A DNA stretch of 64,000 nucleotides from Isurus oxyrinchus. Taxonomy: Eukaryota. The notes under the pieces were generated by a model that was not told the DNA's origin, ran no database searches, and saw nothing but the letters and a program-made list of their open reading frames with translations. Positions 23,839 to 32,964 of the stretch are shown here, one piece after another. Location of the stretch: the NCBI GenBank assembly GCA_026770705.1, contig JANJGN010000026.1, forward strand, positions 27,280,001 to 27,344,000, in the 5' to 3' direction. Each line of letters starts with the position of its first letter. The stretch's first letter is position 1. Made by a program: the position numbers and the translations under genes.

Positions 23839-26540
23839 ACCATTTAAAGCAAAAGGTGAGGGTTGCAAAGGGGGAATTCAGCACCTTCTTTAGCTCATCC
23901 CTGAACTTGGTCTGGGCTACTGCGTAGATGAAGATGTCATTGCAGGAACTGAATAACTCCAGCATGTTGGTTGTCTCTTGAAGGATAAAGTGTGGGTCAT
24001 TAAAATCCAGGCTGATGAAGTAGGCCTTACCCATAATCCACATGTAGAGGAAATGTCCAATATAGGTGGCCCATAGGAGGAGGAAGCTGAGGGAGATGGC
24101 GAAGAGCAGGACAATGGACCTCTTGCGGTTGGCGATCTCTGGGTCTCTGTCACTTTTGGCGCCCCAGAGCCTCCTGCGGGCTCTGCTGGCCGCTACGATG
24201 TGCCTTACGGTCAGGGCGTTGAGCAGCAGAATGAGGAAGAACGGGAGGAAAGGAGTCAAGATGTGATCTAGCCAGTCGTAGGACTGCCAGGGGGGCAAAA
24301 TATAACAGCTGGACTTAATGTCGCAGAACCAGGAAACCCCATCCGGACTATACAAAGGCTGGTAGGTGAAGTAAAAAGGGACATTCTTGGTGTAGCTCAG
24401 GGCACTGACCAATCCTATAACCAGCACAGCACTTTTCTCAGTGCAGTATCTGGTCTTCAGGCCATGACAGCAGATGGCCACGAAACGGTCGACGGTGAAG
24501 GCGACAGTCAGCCAGACTGAGCCATTCCGGGTGGCATAGATAAGCATGGTGTTGACAGCGCACCCTGGGGTGGTAGATGGGACATTATACCTAAAGTAAA
24601 TGCCACCAATCCGGTTGAGGATAACAGCATCGATCATGACAAGGAAATTGGTCACCGCTATCGCCACCAGGTAGTAGATGGTACACCGGGAGATGCCGCA
24701 CTGCCCTCGGGATAGGATTCTGATCGCCACTAAGTTGGCTGTAAGAAATAAAAAGAGAGGTAACTGAGAGAACTCCAGACACCAGCTACTGCCTCATCCA
24801 ATCTGGTTCAGAAACTCTCATGATCAGTCCCTTCACCACCTCCAGACTCCAATTATTCTAAATCAGTTGCTAACTGTTCGACATCCAATGTTGGATTGAA
24901 CATTTGTCAACACAGAGGACATTACAATCAGTTCTCGCCACAAACTCCGCCCTCTGGCCACAGATCCCATTCCCGTGGCTCGCTATCGTCTGAGGTTTGA
25001 GACTCTTTACAATAGTGATCTCTTGTTTGACCATGAGATAAACTTCCAAACGCCCACATCCCCATGTCTATCATAAACACCGACACTGCATCCTTCAACC
25101 TTTCTAATGCAGCCCATTATATCGCCCGTCTCTAACCCTGCCTTAACTTAACCGCTGTTAAAACCGTATCCAAGCCTTTCTTATAACTAGGCTCAAGACC
25201 ATTGGAATAGTCTTTTGGGCAGTATCTAACTTCGCAACGTTATTGAACTTCAACTCATCCAAAAAAAATTGCTCCCCATACCCTTACCCCCACCAATTTC
25301 AGTTGATCAATCACCACTTTGCTCACTAAGCTGCACTGGACCCTTGTCTGTCAAAATCTCTATTTCAATATTCTCTTCCTGATTTTCAAACCGATCTTTA
25401 GTGTCGCCACTCCTGATCCTTGTAAAATCCTGCAGCCTTAAAACGAGCTGAGATCACAGCATACATCCAACTCTGCCCCATGAGCAACTCTGATATTACC
25501 ACTCCATCACTAAAGGTTATGCCTTCATCTTCTGAGATAAAGAATTCCGACCCCACCCTCAACAGCTCCGTCTCTCTTTACTTATTTTCCAATTGTTTTT
25601 AATAACGTACTTCTTTTTTGTCATCTGGCCTCATATATCTTTGTGCGATTCCTTATCAAATTTGTTTGTCAAAACTTCTGTGAGACTTTTGCATCATTCG
25701 TGCTGCAGAGACTCAAGAAAAAAAGTGCAACTCAAATTCCTCAAGTGGAAAGGAGGGATAGACAGTAAATGCTGACCCTCCCAGTGCCAACCACATCCCG
25801 TGATTCAATAAAAAATATAATTATCCAAAGTAAAGTCCAAATGCACAAAACCTAACACCACACAACAAAATAGACAATTGGTTAAACATCTTGCACCCCC
25901 ATTCACCTCTGCCAAAAGTTTCCATCATTCATTCCTATGGCCATATTTACAAAAGGAATTGCCCAGTGGGAACACACAACATTGTAACTAGAACATGCTT
26001 TCAGGCGTCGCCCTGCAGATTAGTGGAATCATTGAATGATTTGTAACATCATGATCCATCTTGAATAATGATCGCACTTTAGATTCATTTTCAGGTACTT
26101 GAATAAAATCAGTGCACGGGAATGCATTTTATGGCTCTAAGATACGCTATTGTTCCATCTAACACTCAAAACACCAGAATGCATTTTACTACATTAGAAT
26201 ATTTTCTATTTTTCAACAATATAACGGAAAATGCCATGTATTAAGTTAACATTTTTCCAATCTAATAGACTGTTGTTCCCTAATTTCATCGCATAATTTA
26301 TCGAACAATACAAGTGCAAGTACTGCAATCTAATACACTATAATCCAGTAAGTCCTCTATACTCAGACAGTGCCGTGTATTACGAAAGTTCAGCGCGATC
26401 CAGAAAGGGAAGGGACAGAATTTTGGGGATTTACAAAACAATAAATAATTTATTTGGAATTCATAACTCACCTGGGACACCAATAAAAGCGAGAACGGGA
26501 TAGTAAATGGCATAGAATGCTCCATTCGCTGGCCCTACAT
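23798..26540 (-). pseudogene. GPR139/GPR142-like class A GPCR, two exons (26540-26472; 24738-23798), probable frameshift right after the ATG
   Basis: Exon 1 ..GPANGAFYAIYYPVLAFIGVP ends at a phase-1 GTGAGT donor. It splices to cttacag|ANLVAIRILSRGQCGISRCTIYYLVAIA...TVAFTVDRFVAIC...DPEIANRKRSIVLLF...FIYAVAQTKFRDEL (7TM). ATG 26540 is followed by TAG and is out of frame by 1 nt. TATAAAT lies about 70 bp upstream. Confidence 0.88.
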
Positions 26541-27129
26541 TGTCTTTCAGAAATCAAAGAGATTCTGAATGCTGCGCATCTTAACTCTGCGACACTTTCG
26601 AAGGGTCCTCATTTATACCAGTTGACAATTTCCAGAGGGGTAAATAAGCTAGAACATACACTTTAGTTACAGGTCGGTGAACAAACAGATGAAGCGTTAG
26701 ATTCATGACTTTTATTTCTAACATTAGTAAGGTAGATAAATCTATTGCCAGTGAGGGTGAACTTCAAATCCTGCGGTCCCTCCTCCCCAGAAACCATGTC
26801 CTAGCGTCTCCATCATTCTTAGCCCCTGTTGAAACTGATCTCTAAATCAAAACCATCTCTTCCCAGCCCCGTCATATTCCCAATTATTTTGTGCTTTTAG
26901 TTTTCAGATGAGTTTATCTGTTTGGTTTCTTTGTAAGTGCTCTAGTGTTTGGTGTCTTAATGTTATTAAATATTTAAATAGATTTACAGCTGAACAATCT
27001 GAAATAATTGTTAACTAACATGGGAGGACAAATCCTGGGCCATGTGGAAACAGCAGAACACTTGCTTGTCCCGATAAACCACAAATGCTGAATGTGCCTC
27101 CAAATGCTCGAGTTTGAATTGAGAGTTTC

Positions 27130-27750
27130 TAGTGAAGGAACAAGTGACACATACCCTAGTGTGATACAAACTGGGGTATCGTTGGGGAAAGTAATTACTG
27201 AGAAATAGCTTAAAATTAATAGCACCAAGTGCAGTAGCAATGGAGACACGGCCAACAAAATGTAGAAGGATACTGGCTCTAATGCAGTAACAACTGAGAC
27301 AAAGCCTCGCGTGAAGTGAACAGCAACAAAGTGTAGTGGAAGATAAAAAAAGAAACACTGTCTCGTGCTGTGATAGTTAAGTACAATATAAACACAGTCG
27401 AGTGCAATAATTCACATTTCATCTAATACAAACAAAAGATTGCCCTAGTGCAATAATAGTTGAGCTGGGGCCTAGTTTAACATAGACAGGAAATTGTCAC
27501 GTCAAGTAATTACTGGGCAAGAATTACAGGTATAGAGCCAAGTGCCGCAGTAATAGAAGCAGGGTCAATGTAATGCAGAATGCTACATCGTTCGGTGTGG
27601 AAATAACTGAGACAGGGCCTAGTGTAATACAGACAGAGACACGGTCTAACATTGTATAAACAGAGACAGAATCCAGTTCAATATAAACAGAGATATGGTC
27701 TCGGGTAATATAAACAAAGACAACATGTCGTGTAACATAAATAGTAATAG
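27130..27750. repeat. Old diverged 27-bp minisatellite (same family as 42560 and 56700 arrays)
   Basis: Recurring (a)actgagacagggcctagtgtaata-like units. Confidence 0.65.
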
Positions 27751-28204
27751 GTCATACAATCATGATTGACGGTGTTATCGACATCACAGCAGAGCAGGGT
27801 ATCTGCAATGTCCTAATGTCCACCCACGTATAGAAATGGCACCATAACGCCCTTTGTTCACTTGTTGCTTTGCGGCAGAGTCGAAGGTCAAAAAAATTCA
27901 CAACAACTTGTACCTTGTTTCAGCTCTGAGTAAAACAGCTGCCCATCTCACATTTTAAATAACTTTTTTTTTCCTGCAGATCGACTAACAGAGAAGAACC
28001 TGATCGGACCGAGAGAGCCATCTCAGGATCAGATTTGAAGACATCCATTCTAACCTCCGCCCTCAATAATTTGCTGCTGTGTCTCATGATGCTCTCACTT
28101 CAATTCCTTGTGTTTGCATTGGCCTGTGAGTTCCGTCGGTGGTGAACTGTTTGACATTGAATGGAAACACGCCAAGCTGGACTACAGTCAGTATCCTGAT
28201 AGAG

Positions 28205-28965
28205 GACCTGTCCTTCGGTCTGTCCGCAAGCATTACCCAGACCTCCCTGTCACTTGCCATTTCAACACTCCACCCTGCTCTCATGCCCACATGTCCGTCC
28301 TTGGCTTGCTGCATTGTTTCAGTGAAGCTCAATGCAAACTGGAGGAACAACACCGCATCTTCCGACTAGGCACTTTACAGCCTTCCGGACTGAATATTGA
28401 GTTCAACAATTTTAGATCATGAACTCTCTCCTCCATTCCACCCCCTTTCCGATTCCGCCCCCTCACCACCACCACCCCGCACCACCCCCCCCCCCCAACT
28501 TTTTCCAATAATTTATGTAGATTTTTCTTTTCCCGCCTACTTCCATTATTTTTAAATGTATTTCCATCCATTGTTTTATCTCTACCTTTTAGCCTTTTTT
28601 GATTCCTTCACCCCACTCCACTCCCACTAGGGCTATCTGTACCTTGCTTGTTCTGCTTTCTACCCTTAATTAGCACATTCCTCAGATAATATCACCACTT
28701 TCAATACCTCTTTGGCCTTTTGTCTCTGACATCTTTTGGTTATCTCCACCTATCACTGACCCTCTATCCAGCTCTACGTGTCCCATCCCCCCTTAAACCA
28801 GCTTATATTTCACCTCTCTTCTATTTTTACTTAGTTCTGTTGAAGGGTCATTCGGACTCGAAACGGTAACTGTGCTCTTCTCCGCAGATGCTGCCAGACC
28901 TGTTGAGTTTTTCCAGGTATTTTTGTTTTTGTTTTGGATTTCCAGCATCCGCAGATTTTTGCTTT
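28205..28965 (+). mobile_element. Penelope-like retroelement fragment
   Basis: LRSVRKHYPDLPVTCHFNTPPCSHAHMSVLGLLHCFSEAQCKLEEQHRIFRLGTLQPSGLNIEFNNFRS resembles a GIY-YIG C-terminus; followed by a pseudo-LTR tail (gaagggtcattcggactcgaaacg). Confidence 0.8.
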
Positions 28966-29905
28966 TATCTTGATAGAGGAATGGCTGCGCTTTTAGAGAC
29001 GGGGATGGGAGGTAATGAAACCCTGGTCTGTTCATTATCCAGCAAACTTGGGATTGTTAATAGTGACAGAAAGCGTTCCAGCATTAAGGAAACATTCTGA
29101 AGCCCAATCTACACTTGGATTTTGCTTTAACGATCTCAGCCACTATCTAGTGATATCTGTTCATTGTGCATAAACACGGCCATGGCCCATTCGCCAAGGA
29201 AGCGAATCAAAACGCAACCTCCGGCTCTTCCTCTGTACTCTGCCACCAACAGAAACAGTTTATTTTGATCTACTCGGCCCAGACCTACAAGATTTTGAAC
29301 ACCTCTATCAGATTTACCCTGAACCTTCCATTCTTCATGAAGAAAGAGCCCAGTTTCCCCAGTCTATCCAATTAACCGAAGTTCTGCATCCCTGGACCGA
29401 TTCTGGTCAACTTCTCTGCGCCCCTTTCTGAACCATTCACAGCCTTCCAAAAGCGGGATGCCTGGAAGTGGACACAATGCTCCAGTTGAGGGGTAATCAG
29501 TGCATTCCAGGGGATCAGTAGCATTTCCTTGCTTTTGGACTCTATGCCGCTTTGCTGTTCTGAAGCCAATGATACCAGATGTTTAAACACCACTTTCTCA
29601 GGCTGTCAGACATTTTCAACCATTTATGCCCAAATAGTCCACGTCTCTTTTTGAAGAATGGATAATTGAATGAATTATTTTAGCAGGAGTATTGTAGACG
29701 GCTCGAAGGAATGTTCAAACTTGATGGGTTTAACGGCTTTATTCTGTTCTACAAAATTATAAACTCAATTGTAAATACATTCGTGCAAATTGGGTAATTC
29801 CCCCCCCCCCCCCCCCCCCCGCCCCACCCCAACCCCGCCACCCTCTTCCGTGTGTGTGTATGTGTGTGTGTGTGTAAGTATGTGTAAGTAATCCCACCAT
29901 GTTCA

Positions 29906-30046
29906 GGTTTTCTTGCAGCGCCCTCCGGTTTCTGTATCACTCTGCTGCGCGCCGACTCAGTGCACAGTAATACACAGCGGAGTCGATCAGTTGTAGTTTA
30001 GAGATATTTAACCGGGTGATTTTCTCGGCAGGATCGATAGAAGCAT
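29906..30046 (-). pseudogene. Supporting TCR V-delta of the NAR-TCR cassette; only framework 3 and RSS remain
   Basis: ASIDPAEKITRLNISKLQLIDSAVYYCALSRRAA. RSS CAGAGTG (29938-29944), 23-nt spacer, AAGAAAACC (29906-29914). No leader; lies directly downstream of the NAR J. Framework 1 to CDR2 not recognisable. Confidence 0.8.
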
Positions 30047-30785
30047 ATAATGTAAAATTGAGAGAAAACTCCGCCCAGAGAATCCGGAGACGATCAGTCA
30101 ATGGGCGGGAAGAATTGAGAGCCGAAAGAGGCAGTTACCAGTGAGTAACAGTAAAACCACTGCGGAAACTGAACAGACTGAATCCAACCGACAACTGAGA
30201 GAGTTCGGGACAAATTCCCACGATTGGAAGAACTGCAAACAGCAGAAGTGTGAAATAAAGGAAGTGTGAAATATAAGAAATAAAATGAAATTCATTGTAA
30301 ATATTTCAAATGAACAGAACTGCAGAAAGATGCACCCTATTGATAGAACATAGAGCAAAAGGCAGAGAGAAATTCCAGAGCAGTTTTAAACCGCAGTAAA
30401 TGATTGACCTTTGACCATTAGTGCTCACTTTCGGTTTGGCCCAATCGATGCTGATGAACCCCATCAGTTTGTGTTGGAACTTGTTGTGCACAGTGACGCC
30501 ACACAGCTGTGTTTCTCTCCAACAAACTGTTTTTTAAACTAAGGGACAGACAGTTCCCTTGGTCAGTTAACACCGGAAGTGTCGACAATCTGCGCTCATT
30601 AAAAGCGATTCAAAGTGTGAGAGTCGATGATGTTGATGGTATCCCCGATGTGCCCGTTAAACTAATAATGGTCCAGATTCCGTCAACTTCCACATCCCAC
30701 CCAAACTCCACTGGTATCAATAATAAACTGACGGTGAACATTACCCGGGATAGGCTGTAACCCGGCGGGGGTTGGAGTCACTTAC

Positions 30786-30877
30786 CGGCCGTGACAGTCA
30801 CCACCGTCCCGGATCCATCTGCATAATCAGTATCTCACCACAGTGACCCCGCTCTCAGTCTCCCCGGTACAACAACC
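30786..30877 (-). other. NAR-TCR J segment (coding 30838-30786) with 23-RSS
   Basis: Minus strand: GGTTGTTGT, 23-nt spacer, CACTGTG, then G TGA DTDYADGSGTVVTVTA G|GTAAGT. DGxGT in place of F/WGxG is IgNAR-J-like. Confidence 0.92.
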
Positions 30878-31192
30878 ACCGACACCTCAATCTGCCGGGA
30901 AATCATCATCAGACAGTAGAAACTGCCCAATTATTCAGTGGATTTAAATAAATAAACAATATTCAATGTTTCAAAGTCTCTGTCAGTTCAAACTGTTCTT
31001 TGTGAGGCCTTGAGCTCTGAGTAAATGGTCCCGGAAACGAGATGGTCGCTTCATATAAACCGAGGATAATATCAAAGAAAGATAACTGAATGGTGGAAAT
31101 TACAATGAAATGTAACCAGATTCCAGCGATAATAACATGAACCCAACAATTCATTATCTGGGCCCCGAGAATTTATATTGTGATCGGACAGA

Positions 31193-31263
31193 GGTATTTG
31201 CTCGGATCTCTCCCACTGTGACTGTCCCAAATGAACACAGTGTTACTAGACAATATAAAATCC
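31193..31263 (-). other. NAR-TCR D segment (coding 31235-31221, TTCATTTGGGACAGT) flanked by two 12-RSSs
   Basis: Plus strand: GGTATTTGC, 12 nt, CACTGTG, [15 nt], CACAGTG, 12 nt, ATAAAATCC. All three frames are open (FIWDS, SFGT, HLGQ). Confidence 0.93.
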
Positions 31264-31588
31264 CCGGGTACTTGGGGAGATTTGGGGACATTAGTTAAAC
31301 AGCCGGGACTACGGTTCCCGGCTCCAGATGTTAGAACAAGATCACACCTGGTGTTAGGAGTTGTAACTGGGATCAGTCATTCCCAATCTCCATTCACTGA
31401 CACCAATCCCGGGAAAGACATCACCATCCCCACACACTCGGCATTTACAAAACTCAAGATGTTAACGGCAATAATCCAATCTCATTATAACCTTGACTGT
31501 GGGGCAGACGGTGTGAGGCTGAACTGTGGGGGTTTAACGGCAGATTAACTCGGCCTTTTCATTTGTTTCTGTGATAATCTGCAATGAG

Positions 31589-32107
31589 AGTTTTTGTATC
31601 GCGGGAAGCCGAGGTCCATCACCGTGTTCTTGGTACTTGTACTGATCTTTACAATAATAGGTGACGGTGTCTTCAACTCTCACATCCCGAATTTCCAGCG
31701 AAAATGTATTTTCTGCGTTATTCACAGAGACAGCAAATCTCCTTCCGCTGGATATCCACTCCCGCTCAATCCCGGTCTGGGTTAGCTTGAAGAAATATCC
31801 GTCCTTCAAAGAAACAGCATAGATTCCACCGTATAGATCACAGCTGATGGTGAAAGACTGACAATCCTTCCTGGTCACCGCTGTCGGGGTCTATGTCACT
31901 GACTGACTGAAAGAACCTGTAACTTAAACAGAGAGAGTTTAATGGACCATCGGAGCCGAACCACAAAACGGGGTTAAAATCCCAGACAGTGTCTGTAATT
32001 GGAATGGACTCGGGCAGCTTTATATAAAATCCACACAATGTCGGTTTGTTTCATCGATACTCACGGGGTAAACAGACACACCGGGTGAAATGAAAGAGGA
32101 TTCCCAT
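31589..32107 (-). pseudogene. NAR-TCR V (IgNAR-like V domain); leader 32107-32065, V exon 31916-31627, 22-RSS 31626-31589; in-frame TAG in framework 1
   Basis: Leader MGILFHFTRCVCLP|GTGAGT. Exon SFSQSVT*TPTAVTRKDCQSFTISCDLYGGIYAVSLKDGYFFKLTQTGIEREWISSGRRFAVSVNNAENTFSLEIRDVRVEDTVTYYCKDQYKYQE shows a VNAR-like short FR2/CDR2, YYCK and an extra framework 1 Cys. RSS CACGGTG, 22-nt spacer, ACAAAAACT. Confidence 0.92.
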
Positions 32108-32964
32108 TGTTTAGCTGCCTGGAGCTGAGGGTTTGTATGACGGGGAGTTGGAGACTGGAGCCCTGGACTGCAATGGGAGACCGGACCACAGAGCTGGACT
32201 GATATATTTAGAGGGGCGGTGAGTTGATTTTCACAAGGCAGTGTTGTTGAGATTATTGATGGGCCGCACGGTTGCCGGGTCGCTGTCTAAGTGTTGTGTG
32301 AATAAGAGTCAGGTTTATAAAAGGAATCAGCTATTTTCTGACTCTACATTTGGATTGTGATCCGGATGTGAAAGCCCCTCCCACAATACTCTGGGATACA
32401 GGGGTGGGGGAGGAGAGCTTTTCTTTCTACCAGTTGTGCTGCCGCTTTCCTTCCCCCGCAGTGATGAACTGGGAGGGCGGTGCATGTGTTTGTATTGGGT
32501 GGTGTTTGTTAAAGGTGGAATGAGGGCCCAGGACTCCAGGAGAATCTCCCCGCCCCCCTCTTTTCCCATATTCCGCATATTGTTTAACATCGCCCTGAAC
32601 GGGCTGGCGAGACCTCAGTTAGACTGCTGACATGAAGGTCGGCACCTCAGGCCCGGCATCTTCCCTGGCCCAGCGGCTGGGGGTCAGGTTACAATATGAA
32701 GGAGTCCAGTGACATTGTCAATATCCTGGCAGATGTACACAACATAGACATTGGCTAAATAGCAGCTGGTCAGCTCAGTTGGCTTGGTGGCTAGTATCTA
32801 GTTCGGAATAATGCCAATAGCACGGGTTCTGTTCGCGTTCTGCTTGAGGCTGACATGGGTCCTGCCTATTCCTGCGACTGGAAAGCAATGAGAATGCCCT
32901 GAAGAAAACAGCTCAATAGAAGCAACTGCAGAAAATGAGCTAAGGACCTGCCGAGCTCACCTGA

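Noticed and set aside
24946-24962. CTCF-like motif (TGGCCAGAGGGCGG on minus) in the GPCR intron
   Set aside because: Plausible motif but not linked to any V RSS, so it was not counted in the orientation pattern.
26350-26430. SDSAVYY-like reading on plus suggesting a V relic
   Set aside because: It lies in the GPCR intron and matches decayed 27-bp satellite; no Cys104 and no credible RSS.
30047-30235. Sequence replacing the 5' part of the supporting V as an alternative coding exon
   Set aside because: All three frames after the ttgcag acceptor hit stops before framework 3. It contains a small inverted repeat (ccgccca..tgggcgg) and looks non-coding.
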